From Planctomycetota bacterium (GTDB taxonomy: Bacteria; Planctomycetota; B15-G4; SIAN01), in contig JANNXA010000050.1 of NCBI GenBank assembly GCA_031409275.1, positions 192,001 through 256,000 of the forward strand: a stretch of 64,000 bases of DNA, in the 5' to 3' direction. The notes beneath the pieces are model-generated. The model did not search any database, was not told where the DNA came from, and saw only the letters and a program-made list of their open reading frames with translations. A program made the position numbers and the translations under genes. Shown here in pieces: positions 1 through 9,534 of the stretch; the first letter of the stretch is position 1, and every line of letters starts with the position of its first letter.

Positions 1-2
1 TG

Positions 3-464
3 GTGAACGCGATCCTGACCTTCCCGGGCCTCTGGTTCATCGGCGCGCACACCGATGCCACCAACCTCGCGAGCTACTCGGTGCTGCTCTCCTTGCTGGC
101 CGGCGTGCTGTCGATGATCCCGATCTTCGGCGTCATCCTCTCGACGGTGCCGATGGTGGTGCTGGCGCTCGCGCAGGGGTCGCTCGGCGGCGCGCTCGCA
201 GTCGTCGCGTGGATCTGCGTGATCCACGCGATCGAGGCCTACATCCTGAACCCCAACATCCTCGGCCACAGCGCCAGCATGAACCCGATCATCGTGGTCT
301 TCGCACTGCTGGCCGGAAAGCACGTCGGCGGCATGCTCGGCGCGCTGCTGGCGGTGCCGGTCGCATCGGTGGTCGTATCGCTGTTCGGTTACTACCGACG
401 GCTGGTGGCCGAAGGACATGGCGAGGCGGCAAGCGGGGATCCAGCCGATCGCTGGGGCGACTGA
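3..464 (+). CDS. AI-2E family transporter (5' truncated by window)
   Basis: Hydrophobic protein with the family's C-terminal pattern IHAIEAYILNPNILG...MNP...GGMLGALLAVP. Confidence 0.85.
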   Translation: MNAILTFPGLWFIGAHTDATNLASYSVLLSLLAGVLSMIPIFGVILSTVPMVVLALAQGSLGGALAVVAWICVIHAIEAYILNPNILGHSASMNPIIVVFALLAGKHVGGMLGALLAVPVASVVVSLFGYYRRLVAEGHGEAASGDPADRWGD

Positions 465-484
465 GAGCGTTCGAGGTCCGACGC

Positions 485-3400
485 TCACCGCGACGGCGGG
501 TGGAGCAGGCCGCCGTCCATCGCGCTGTAGAGCAGGCCGGCGCCTTCGCGCTCGTCCTTCAGGAATGCCTGGAAGAACCAGCCATCGCCGGGACGCGCGT
601 CGTCGCCGGCGGGCGGTGGCGTGATCGACTGCTCGCCGCTGGCGGGCAGCTCGAACGGGAAGAGGATCTCGCGGCCGTCGAACTTGCAGGCGCGCAGCTG
701 CCCGACGTTCTTGCCTTGCAGCGCTTTCAACTCGAAGTCGCGTGCGACGATCAGCGTCCCCTTCGCGTGCGGCGGGCCGCGCATCACGAGCAGCGCCGTG
801 CGCCCGTCGCCGTAGACGGAGGTCAAGTGCAGCGTGCAACGCCCGTCGCCGAGCTCGAGGTAGGAGGAGGTTGCGTCGACGTCGAGCGGAACGACCCGCT
901 CCCGCTCGAACTCGCGCACGGTGGCACCGTCGCGCAGGGTGATCCGCTCGCACGCGCTGTCGTTCAGGACCAGCGCGGAGCGGGTCGCGACGAGGCCGGA
1001 GTCGCGCGCGTCCACGTCGCCGAAGCGGACGCGCGCGGCGTGCAGCGTGCTGTCGACCAGCTCGGTCGCTCCGAGCGGCAGATCGAAGAGCAGCACCTCC
1101 CCGCTCTGCTCGATCCGCACGAGCGACGGCAGGTGAGTCGCGAGCGCCCCTTTGGCGACGCCCCCGAGCCCCTGCAGCACGATCGAGCCGGCGCAGCGAA
1201 GGATCGAGAGCGATCCGCGCTCCTGCGGCGGGACATCGGGATTGGGCAGCGGCGGGACCTCGCTCCCGAACACGACTCCGATCGTCGCCACCCGCTCGCC
1301 CGCCGCGACGCCCTCGATCCGCAAGTCGCGCAGTCGCGCGCCACCGATCGGATCGGACACCAACGTCAGCCCGCGCCGGATCGTGGCACTGCCGTACTCG
1401 CCCGATTCGAGCCGCACCGTCGCGCCAAGGGGCGCCGCGTCGATCGCCTGCTGCAACGCCTGCGGGTCGCCGCCTGAAGTCACCGTGATGGCGTCGTTGC
1501 GCCACGGCACGATCGGCGGCGACGCTCCGCCCGGAGCGCGAGTCGCGTACCAGCCGAGCACGCCAACCACCAGCGCCGCTTGCAGCGCGAGCGCCAGCAC
1601 GTCGGCGCGCAGCAGCGGACGCTGCGGCCGCTGCACGAACAGGGCGGTCAAGATCGGCCGCGAAGAGGAGGGCGAAACGGGTGGCAACGGAGTTCCGGAG
1701 GCCGCGGCTGCGGCGACCGCGCGCTCGCGCCGCAGCCCCACCCGCCACGCGAGCACGACCACCAGCGCACCCAACGTCAGCAGCGCGCCGGCAGGGATCG
1801 ACTTCGGCGTGAACTCGAGCTCGACGCGCCACTCGCCCTTGCGAACCGGCAGCGCGATCAGCCCCTTCTCGGCGTGGCACGTCTTTCCGCTCGTGGCGTC
1901 GCGCCAGCCAGGGAAGAAGGTCTGGTTGATCAGCAGCGTGTCGTCGGCTTCGAGCGTGCCGGTGACGACGATGCGGCTGGGGGTGAACTCCGCGGCGACC
2001 TTGCCGTGGCCGCCCGCGAGGTACGCCTCGCCGCGGTAATCGAGATCGCTCTTCGCCTTCGCCGCCGCGAGCGACGGCACGTCCGATTGGCCGCTGATGT
2101 TCCCGGTGTTGCGCAGGATCGCTTCGTAGAGCGGCCCACCCCATTGCTGCGGCACATCGGCGAAGCGCGCCTGCGTGAACGCGGGCCGCTCGAGCGAAGC
2201 CGCGGCGGCGGGCGGCTCGACCGGAAACGCCCCCTTCGCGATCGGCGCGTTGAACCAGAGCAGCGGCCCGGCCACGGCGCCGATCAGCAGCGCCGTGAAG
2301 TTGCGACCGAAGCGCGCGCCGCGGCGCGCCGCCCATCGCAGCACTCCTTCGCTCCCGAAGCCCGCCAGCAGCGCCAACGCGAAGGCGACGTAGCCCATGA
2401 AGCGCTCGGGCGCTTGCATCGACGCGTAGACCGGCAAGCGGTGGAGCGCGTCCCACAACGAGGGCTGCACGCTCGAACCGGCCGCCAGCCACGCAAACGC
2501 GAACGCGAGCCCCGCGAAGGGCCACGCGCGCCGCCACGCGCACCCGATCGCCAGCAACGCCAGCAGCACGACCAACGGCCCGACGAACGCGCCGCAGTCG
2601 ACCCAGTAGAGGACGCTGCCGCCCTGGACGCTCACGCGCAGCCCCTCTTCCACGCCCGGCGGATGCGGCAGCAGAAGCGACTTCGCCATCATCTCGACCG
2701 GCATGAATCGGCCGCTCGCATCCAGACGACGCGGGAATTCGGAGAAGAGCTCGAGCAGCGGCACGAGTCGCACCAGCGACAGCGCGATGCCCGCGATCCC
2801 GATCGCCGCGCTCGCCAGCAGCGGCCGCACGCTGCGCTCTCGCAACGCGCGCGCGACCGCCTCGACCGCCAGCACCAGCGGGAAGAAGACGAAGTGGTGG
2901 ACGCTGCCGGCGAACAGGATCAGCGCGAAGAGCAGCGCCCCGCCGACGATCCAACCGCGGCTCGCGACGGCGCGGCGGCTGGCCAGCAGCAGCCACGGCA
3001 GGATCGCCATGCCGAACAGCCAGTTCGGCAACCCGCCGTTCACGTAGAGCGAGAGCGGGCTCGCGGCGACGAACGCGACGCCGGGAATCAGCGCGGCGCC
3101 GCCGCGCAGGCCGAGGTCGCGCGCCAACGCGTAGAGCCCCATCCCGCAGGCGACGAAGAGCGGCACCAGCAGCGCCTTGAACGCGAGCGGCGCCCCCAGC
3201 CACAACGCCAGCGGCGTGACCGGCGTGAGGAGCATCGACTCGGGCTGCGCGAACGAGACCTGACCGCCGCGTCGCCACGGGTTCCACGACGGGAACTGAC
3301 CGTAGTCGAGCAGCGAGGAGACTTCGGCCGCCGCCTGGCCGAGGAAGGCATTCCAATCCTTGCCGCCGAGCCGAGCGCCGCTGGTGAGCGCCGGCCACAG

Positions 3401-3502
3401 GAGCGCCAAGGCGAGCCCGGTGAAGAGGAGGAGCGCCCCGAACGTCGGCACCGCGCGCGGCGCCGGATCGGTGGTCACTGCCGAGTTGGGCTCTAGATCC
3501 AT
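485..3502 (-). CDS. YfhO-like (GT-C fold) polytopic membrane protein fused to an extracytoplasmic beta-helix-like region
   Basis: N-terminal FPSWNPW..GG motif, many TM segments, QAPERF and NQTFFPGW motifs of YfhO type; extra TM then ALQQAIDAAPLGATVRLESGEY. Confidence 0.7.
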   Translation of the reverse strand: MDLEPNSAVTTDPAPRAVPTFGALLLFTGLALALLWPALTSGARLGGKDWNAFLGQAAAEVSSLLDYGQFPSWNPWRRGGQVSFAQPESMLLTPVTPLALWLGAPLAFKALLVPLFVACGMGLYALARDLGLRGGAALIPGVAFVAASPLSLYVNGGLPNWLFGMAILPWLLLASRRAVASRGWIVGGALLFALILFAGSVHHFVFFPLVLAVEAVARALRERSVRPLLASAAIGIAGIALSLVRLVPLLELFSEFPRRLDASGRFMPVEMMAKSLLLPHPPGVEEGLRVSVQGGSVLYWVDCGAFVGPLVVLLALLAIGCAWRRAWPFAGLAFAFAWLAAGSSVQPSLWDALHRLPVYASMQAPERFMGYVAFALALLAGFGSEGVLRWAARRGARFGRNFTALLIGAVAGPLLWFNAPIAKGAFPVEPPAAAASLERPAFTQARFADVPQQWGGPLYEAILRNTGNISGQSDVPSLAAAKAKSDLDYRGEAYLAGGHGKVAAEFTPSRIVVTGTLEADDTLLINQTFFPGWRDATSGKTCHAEKGLIALPVRKGEWRVELEFTPKSIPAGALLTLGALVVVLAWRVGLRRERAVAAAAASGTPLPPVSPSSSRPILTALFVQRPQRPLLRADVLALALQAALVVGVLGWYATRAPGGASPPIVPWRNDAITVTSGGDPQALQQAIDAAPLGATVRLESGEYGSATIRRGLTLVSDPIGGARLRDLRIEGVAAGERVATIGVVFGSEVPPLPNPDVPPQERGSLSILRCAGSIVLQGLGGVAKGALATHLPSLVRIEQSGEVLLFDLPLGATELVDSTLHAARVRFGDVDARDSGLVATRSALVLNDSACERITLRDGATVREFERERVVPLDVDATSSYLELGDGRCTLHLTSVYGDGRTALLVMRGPPHAKGTLIVARDFELKALQGKNVGQLRACKFDGREILFPFELPASGEQSITPPPAGDDARPGDGWFFQAFLKDEREGAGLLYSAMDGGLLHPPSR

Positions 3503-3528
3503 ACGGCGCGAAACGTATCACTCGCGAC

Positions 3529-4269
3529 GTGGAACCCGAAGAGTACGCCCGCATCCATCACCACGAGCAGCGCCACTTCTGGTACCGCGGCGTCCACGCC
3601 CTCTTCGTCGGCGCGCTCGCGCGCTCGCTGCCGGGCGGGCCGCAACGGCTGCTCGATGCTGGCTGCGGCACCGGCGGGCTGCTCGAGTCGATCGGGAAGC
3701 GCTTTCCGCGGGCCCGCCGCTTCGGGTTCGACCTCTCGCCGCACGCCCTGCGGTTGGCGCCGGCGCGCGCCTCCGCCCCGTTGGCGCGCGCCTCGATCGA
3801 GCAGGTGCCGTTCCGCGACGCCAGCTTCGACGCCGTAGTCTCCGCCGACGTCCTCTACCACCGCGCCGTCGCCGACGACGCTGCCGCGCTGCGGGAGCTG
3901 GCGCGAGTGACGCGGCCCGGCGGCGTCGTCCTGCTCAACCTGCCGGCGCACCGCGATCTGTACGGCGCGCACGACGCCTTCGTCCACACGCAGCGTCGCT
4001 ACGAGCGAGCCGACGTGCTGCGGATCGCGGCGGCGGCCGGGCTTTCCGTCGAGCGCCTCTGCTGGTTCAATTCGGCCCTCTACCCGATCGCCCGCGCGCG
4101 GCGGCGCAACACGCGCCACTCCGCGGCGAAGTCGGACGTCTCGCTGCCGCCGGCGCCGATCAACGGGCTGCTCGCCGCGTGGCTGCGCTTCGAGGCGTGG
4201 TGGACGCTGCGCGCGCCGGCACCGGCAGGACTTTCGCTGTTCGCCATCCTGCGCCGACAAGGTCCCTGA
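3529..4269 (+). CDS. Class I SAM-dependent methyltransferase
   Basis: LLDAGCGTG motif I, FDAVVSADVLYH, RVTRPGG. Confidence 0.9.
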   Translation: MEPEEYARIHHHEQRHFWYRGVHALFVGALARSLPGGPQRLLDAGCGTGGLLESIGKRFPRARRFGFDLSPHALRLAPARASAPLARASIEQVPFRDASFDAVVSADVLYHRAVADDAAALRELARVTRPGGVVLLNLPAHRDLYGAHDAFVHTQRRYERADVLRIAAAAGLSVERLCWFNSALYPIARARRRNTRHSAAKSDVSLPPAPINGLLAAWLRFEAWWTLRAPAPAGLSLFAILRRQGP

Positions 4270-4338
4270 CAGGCGCCGCGCGCTACACTCGCGCGCCCGG
4301 CCAATCGAGCCCCCTTCCTCCGGACGGCACAGCACCGC

Positions 4339-5115
4339 GTGGGCGACACCCAAAAGACGGCGAACAACAGCGCTCGGCCGGGGATCTCGGTCTTCTTCCC
4401 CGCCTACGGCGACTGGGGCACCATCGCCAGCCTCGTCGTGCTTTCGGAGGCGGTCCTGCGCGAGCTGACCGACGACTGGGAGATCGTCGTCGTCAACGAC
4501 TGCAGCCCGGACCACGTCGGGCAGATCCTCGCCGAACTCGCCGGGCGCTACCCGCGACTCAAGGTCGTCACGCACGAGAAGAACCGCGGCTACGGCGGCG
4601 CGCTGCGCAGCGGCTTCGCGAACTCGACCAAGGAGTGGGTCTTCTACACCGACGGCGACGCGCAGTACGACGTGCGCGAGTTGAAGCTGCTGGTCGAGGC
4701 GCGTGACGCCGCGGCGGCGCGCGGGCAGCCGGCCGACATGGTGAACGGCTGGAAGATCGCGCGCCACGACCCGATCCACCGCAAGCTGATCGGCAAGCTC
4801 TACCACTGGTGCGTGAAGCGGGCGTTCGGGCTGCGCATCAAGGACGTCGACTGCGACTTCCGCCTGGTGCGACGCAGCGTGTTCGACAAGATCGAGCTGA
4901 CGCGCAACTCCGGCATCATCTGCGTCGAGCTGGTCACCAAGATCGAGAAGAACGGCTTCCGCGTCGAGCACGTGCCGGTGCACCACTACCACCGCATTCA
5001 TGGCAAGTCGCAGTTCTTCAACTTCGCCCGCGTCGCGCGCGTGGCGCTCGACATGGGCCGCCTCTGGCACGAGCTGATCTGGAAGAAACAGGTGACGCGC
5101 GCGGGGAAGCCATGA
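4339..5115 (+). CDS. GT2 polyprenyl-phosphate glycosyltransferase (DPM1/ArnC-like)
   Basis: VVVNDCSPD, NRGYGGAL, YTDGDAQYD, DVDCDFRL motifs. Confidence 0.88.
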   Translation: MGDTQKTANNSARPGISVFFPAYGDWGTIASLVVLSEAVLRELTDDWEIVVVNDCSPDHVGQILAELAGRYPRLKVVTHEKNRGYGGALRSGFANSTKEWVFYTDGDAQYDVRELKLLVEARDAAAARGQPADMVNGWKIARHDPIHRKLIGKLYHWCVKRAFGLRIKDVDCDFRLVRRSVFDKIELTRNSGIICVELVTKIEKNGFRVEHVPVHHYHRIHGKSQFFNFARVARVALDMGRLWHELIWKKQVTRAGKP

Positions 5116-6158
5116 CTCAGCCGGTCGATCTCGCCGCCGCATTCGCCGGCAAGGATGTGCTGGTCACCGGCGGGCTCGGCTTCCTCGGCAGCAACGTCGC
5201 GCGCCGCCTCGTCGCCCTGCGCGCGCGCGTCACGGTGCTCGACTCGATGATTCCCGGCTACGGCGGCAACCGCTTCAACCTCGCCGGGATCGAGGATCAG
5301 GTCACCGTCAACATCGCCGACGTGCGCGACCGCAACGCGATGGACTACCTGATCCGCGGGCGCGACTACCTGATCAACCTCGCCGGCCAGGTGAGCCACA
5401 TCGACTCGATGAAGGATCCCTTCACCGACCTCGACATCAACTGCCGCAGCCAGCTCTCGATCCTCGAATCGTGCCGCCACTTCAACCGCGGCGTGAAGAT
5501 CGTCTTCGCCGGCAGCCGCCAGCAGTACGGCCGGCCGCAGTACCTGCCGGTCGACGAGAACCACCCGATCCGACCGGTCGACGTCAACGGCATCAGCAAG
5601 GTGGCCGGCGAGTGGTACCACCTGCTCTACCACGACGTCTACGGCATCCGCGCGACTTCGCTGCGTCTGACCAACACCTTCGGCCCCGGCCAGCTGCTGC
5701 GCCACAACCGGCAGGGCTTCGTCGGCTGGTTCATCCGCAAGGCAGTCGAGGGCGCGACCATCCAGCTCTACGGCGACGGCAGCCAGCAGCGCGACTTGAA
5801 CTTCGTCGAGGACGTGGTCGACGCGCTGCTGACCGCGGCGGCCGACCCGCGCGCCGACGGCCGCATCTACAACCTCGCCGGTACGCCGCCGGTGAGCCTG
5901 CGCACCCTCGCCGAGTCGATGCTGGAGCTCGCCGGACACGGGCGTCTCGAACTCGTCCCGTGGCCGCCCGAGAAGAAGGCGATCGACATCGGCAGCTACT
6001 ACGGTAGCGCCGAGCTGATCGGCCGCGAGCTCGGCTGGACTCCCAAGGTCGCGCTGCGCGACGGCCTCGAACGGACGATCCGCTACTACCAGCGCCATCT
6101 CGCCCATTACGTCGACGGCCCGCAGTTTGGCGGCGCCACCGAGGAACCGCAGCCGTGA
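5112..6158 (+). CDS. NAD-dependent nucleotide-sugar epimerase/dehydratase
   Basis: VLVTGGLGFLG Rossmann motif, GDGSQQRD; ATGA overlap with upstream stop gives start 5112. Confidence 0.88.
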   Translation: MTQPVDLAAAFAGKDVLVTGGLGFLGSNVARRLVALRARVTVLDSMIPGYGGNRFNLAGIEDQVTVNIADVRDRNAMDYLIRGRDYLINLAGQVSHIDSMKDPFTDLDINCRSQLSILESCRHFNRGVKIVFAGSRQQYGRPQYLPVDENHPIRPVDVNGISKVAGEWYHLLYHDVYGIRATSLRLTNTFGPGQLLRHNRQGFVGWFIRKAVEGATIQLYGDGSQQRDLNFVEDVVDALLTAAADPRADGRIYNLAGTPPVSLRTLAESMLELAGHGRLELVPWPPEKKAIDIGSYYGSAELIGRELGWTPKVALRDGLERTIRYYQRHLAHYVDGPQFGGATEEPQP

Positions 6159-7267
6159 GCCAGCCCGCGAAGCTCCCGTTCCACGACCTGCGGGCCTCGT
6201 TCGTCGCGCAGCGCGACGCCATCCGTGCCGCAGTCGAGCGCGTGCTCGACGGCGGCTGGTACATCCTCGGCCGCGAAGTCGCCGCCTTCGAGGAGGAGTT
6301 CGCCCGCTTCTGCGGCGCGAAGCACGCCATCGGCATCGGCAACGCAACCGAGGCGCTGCAGGTCGCGTTGATGGCGCTCGACGTGAAGGCGGGCGACGAC
6401 GTGGTGGTGCCGGCGCTGACCGCCGCCCCCACCGGCATGGCGGTCTGCGCCGTCGGCGCGCGCCCGGTCTTCGCCGACATCGACCCCGCCACCTTCACCG
6501 TCACCGCCGCCAGCGTCGAGCGGGCGCTCACGCCGCGAACGAAAGTGGTGATCCCGGTCCACCTCTACGGCCAATGCGCCGACATGGACCCGCTGATCGA
6601 GTTGGCAGGCGCGCGGGGCGTGCGCCTGCTGGAGGACTGCGCGCAATGCCAGGGGGCGCAAGATCGCGGCCGTCCCGCCGGCACGCTCGGCATCGCCGCC
6701 GCGTGGAGCTTCTATCCCACCAAGAACCTCGGCGCGTTCGGCGACGGCGGCGCCCTCACCACGCAGGACGACGCGATCGCCGCGCGCATGAAGCGGTTGC
6801 GCAACTACGGCGCGATCGAAGGCTACGACTTCGCCGAACCTGGCCTGAACGCGCGACTCGACGAGATGCACGCCGCGATCCTCCGCGTGAAGCTGCACAC
6901 GCTCGCCACGAACAACGAGCGGCGGCGCGCCACCGCGGCGCGCTACCACGCCGAGATCCGCAACCCGCTGGTCAAGCTCCCCATCGAGCGAGCCGGCGCC
7001 TTCCACGTCTGGCACCAGTTCGTGGTGCGCTGCGCCACACGTGATCGCCTGCGTGCCCACCTCGCCGCGCGCGGCCTCGAGACGCTGATCCACTACCCAC
7101 GCGCCATGCACCAGATGCAGGCCTTCGTGCGCCACGGCTTCGCGCCGGTCGAGCCGCGCGAGGCGGCTCGCGCTGCCGCCGAGATCCTGTCGCTGCCGAT
7201 CTACCCCGAGGTGCCCGCGACGCAGGTCGACGCCGTGATCGCTGCCGTGAACGAGTTCCGCGGCTAG
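6155..7267 (+). CDS. DegT/DnrJ/EryC1/StrS PLP-dependent sugar aminotransferase
   Basis: VHLYGQ, EDCAQ, SFYPTKNLGAFGDGG, NARLDE motifs. Confidence 0.93.
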   Translation: MSQPAKLPFHDLRASFVAQRDAIRAAVERVLDGGWYILGREVAAFEEEFARFCGAKHAIGIGNATEALQVALMALDVKAGDDVVVPALTAAPTGMAVCAVGARPVFADIDPATFTVTAASVERALTPRTKVVIPVHLYGQCADMDPLIELAGARGVRLLEDCAQCQGAQDRGRPAGTLGIAAAWSFYPTKNLGAFGDGGALTTQDDAIAARMKRLRNYGAIEGYDFAEPGLNARLDEMHAAILRVKLHTLATNNERRRATAARYHAEIRNPLVKLPIERAGAFHVWHQFVVRCATRDRLRAHLAARGLETLIHYPRAMHQMQAFVRHGFAPVEPREAARAAAEILSLPIYPEVPATQVDAVIAAVNEFRG

Positions 7268-7276
7268 GCGACCGAA

Positions 7277-8569
7277 GTGCAGCCCCCGCCATCTGCCGCG
7301 GATCGCCGCCGTCGCGCCCTCATCCTCGCGCTGCTCTTCCTGGCGACGCTGGTCAACTACGTCGATCGCCAGGTGCTGTCGATCCTGAAAGGCCCGCTCT
7401 CCGACGAGTTCCACTGGAGCGAGCGCGACTACGCCAACCTCGTCCTCTGCTTCCAGATCGCCTACGCGATCGGCCAGGCCGCGTCGGGAGTGCTGCTCGA
7501 CCGGATCGGACTGCGTTTCGGATTCGCGCTGGCGGTCGCGGCATGGTCGCTGGCGGCAGCGGGCCACGCGTTCGCGGCGTCGCTCGCCGGTTTCGCCTTC
7601 TGCCGCTTCCTGCTCGGCCTTTCCGAAGCGTCGAACTGGCCCGCCTCCGCGAAAGCGACCGGCGAGTGGTTCGGGCCGCGCGATCGCGCGTTCGCCACCG
7701 GCGTCTGGAACACCGGCAGCGCGACCGGCGCGGTGATCGCCGCGCCGCTGGTCACCTGGATCGCGCTCCACTTCGCGCGAGCGCGACCCGAAGGCGGCGA
7801 GAGCCACAACTGGCAGCTCGCGTTCCTCGCGACGGCAGGCTTCGGGGCCATCTGGATCGTGCTGTGGCTGCTGGTCTATCGGCCGCGCTCGGCGGCCGCG
7901 ACGGCCGTGACGGCAACCGCGGCGGACAGGGCGGCGGAAGCGGACGTGACGCGCGCGCAGCTGCTGCGGCTGCCGGAAGTGTGGGGCCTCTTCTTCGCGC
8001 GCCTGCTCACCGATCCGGTGTGGTGGTTCTATCTGCTGTGGCTGCCGGGCTACCTTTCGAAGGAGCGCGGCCTCACCTTGGCGCAGGTCGGGCTGGTCGC
8101 CTGGATCCCCTACCTCGCGGCTGACCTCGGCAGCCTGCTGGGCGGCCTCACGTCGAGCTGGATGATCCGCCGCGGCGTGCCGGTCCTGCGCGCGCGCAAG
8201 CGGGTGATGCTGATCGCCGCGCTGATCACCCCCATCGCGATGGGGGCGGCGCGCGCCGAGACGACCACCACGCTGCTCGCCTGCATCTGCACCGCCACCT
8301 TCGCCCATCAGTGGTTCGCGAGCAGCATGCTCACGCTGCCCGCGGACCTCTTCCGCGGAACCGTGGTCGCCACGTGCAGCGGGATCTCCGGCGTCGGCGC
8401 GACGATCGGCGGCATCATCGCCACGCTTGGAATCGGCCATTTCGTGGGCCGGATCGGTTACGGTCCGCTCTTCGTCCTCGCCGGCCTTGGCCATCCGCTG
8501 GCCGTGGCGCTGATCTTCCTGCTGGTGCGCCGCCGTGAGACGGCGCTCGATTCTTCGGAGCGTGCATGA
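7277..8569 (+). CDS. MFS transporter, ExuT/ACS hexuronate-transporter-like
   Basis: NYVDRQVLS, EASNWP...EWF..RDRAFA, DPVWWFY; 12-TM pattern. Confidence 0.85.
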   Translation: MQPPPSAADRRRRALILALLFLATLVNYVDRQVLSILKGPLSDEFHWSERDYANLVLCFQIAYAIGQAASGVLLDRIGLRFGFALAVAAWSLAAAGHAFAASLAGFAFCRFLLGLSEASNWPASAKATGEWFGPRDRAFATGVWNTGSATGAVIAAPLVTWIALHFARARPEGGESHNWQLAFLATAGFGAIWIVLWLLVYRPRSAAATAVTATAADRAAEADVTRAQLLRLPEVWGLFFARLLTDPVWWFYLLWLPGYLSKERGLTLAQVGLVAWIPYLAADLGSLLGGLTSSWMIRRGVPVLRARKRVMLIAALITPIAMGAARAETTTTLLACICTATFAHQWFASSMLTLPADLFRGTVVATCSGISGVGATIGGIIATLGIGHFVGRIGYGPLFVLAGLGHPLAVALIFLLVRRRETALDSSERA

Positions 8570-9534
8570 AGGCTCGACTGCTTCGCGATCGGCGCCTGGC
8601 TCGCGCCGGCGTGCCGTTCACGACGTTGCTGCTGGCCGCCTGCAGCGTGTCGGGCGGGCCGCGAGTGCCCCCACCCGCGTTCGCCGGCCACGCCCCCGAT
8701 CGCCTCGAACGGCCCGCCGAACCGCCACGCTTCTTCGCCTTCGGCGACTGCGGCACCGGCGGCAAGGGGCAGGCGCGCGTCGCCGCCGGCATGGTCGCGC
8801 GCGCGCGTGCGGCGCCGCCCTCCTTCTTCGTGCTGCTCGGCGACAACTTCTATCCCGACGGCGTCGACGACCTCGACGACTCGAAGTGGCGCACGCACTT
8901 CGAGGAGCCTTACGCCGACGCCGCCTTCGCGCGTCCGTTCTATGTCACGCTCGGCAACCACGACCATCGCGGCAACGTGCAGGCGCAGCTCGACTACGCG
9001 CACGGCCATCCGCGCTGGCTGCTGCCCGCGCCGTGGTACGAGTTCCACGTCATGCTTCCGGGTGGCGCGATCGCCGACTTCTACGCCCTCGACACCACGC
9101 AACTGATCGACGAGACGGCGGTCGCCGAGCAGCAGTTGCAGTGGCTCGCCGACGCGCTCGGTCGTTCGAACGGCCGCTGGCAGATCGTGCTGGGCCACCA
9201 TTCGGTGCGCAGCACGCAGAGCCGCAACCTCGGCAACTACCGCGAGCGGCTCGAGCCGGTCCTGCGCGGATTCGGCGTCGACCTCGCCCTCTTCGGCCAC
9301 GACCACTTCTCGCAATGGCTGGTGCCGGTCGGCGAGTTGCACGTCGCCATCGCGGGCGGCGGCGGCGGCACCGACAACGCCAATCGCGCCAACCCGAACG
9401 TGCTCGCCGAGTGGTCGGCGAGCGGTGGCGGATTTGCCGATGTGACCGTCACCGACGAGCGAATCGTCGTCGAGTTCGCCAACGCCGATGGCGCCACCCA
9501 GTCCCGCTTCGAGATCTCCGGAGGAACGCCGTGA
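8566..9534 (+). CDS. Metallophosphoesterase (purple/tartrate-resistant acid phosphatase-like), probable lipoprotein
   Basis: GDCG, GDNFY, GNHD, GHH, GHDH metal motifs; LLAAC lipobox. Confidence 0.88.
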   Translation: MKARLLRDRRLARAGVPFTTLLLAACSVSGGPRVPPPAFAGHAPDRLERPAEPPRFFAFGDCGTGGKGQARVAAGMVARARAAPPSFFVLLGDNFYPDGVDDLDDSKWRTHFEEPYADAAFARPFYVTLGNHDHRGNVQAQLDYAHGHPRWLLPAPWYEFHVMLPGGAIADFYALDTTQLIDETAVAEQQLQWLADALGRSNGRWQIVLGHHSVRSTQSRNLGNYRERLEPVLRGFGVDLALFGHDHFSQWLVPVGELHVAIAGGGGGTDNANRANPNVLAEWSASGGGFADVTVTDERIVVEFANADGATQSRFEISGGTP

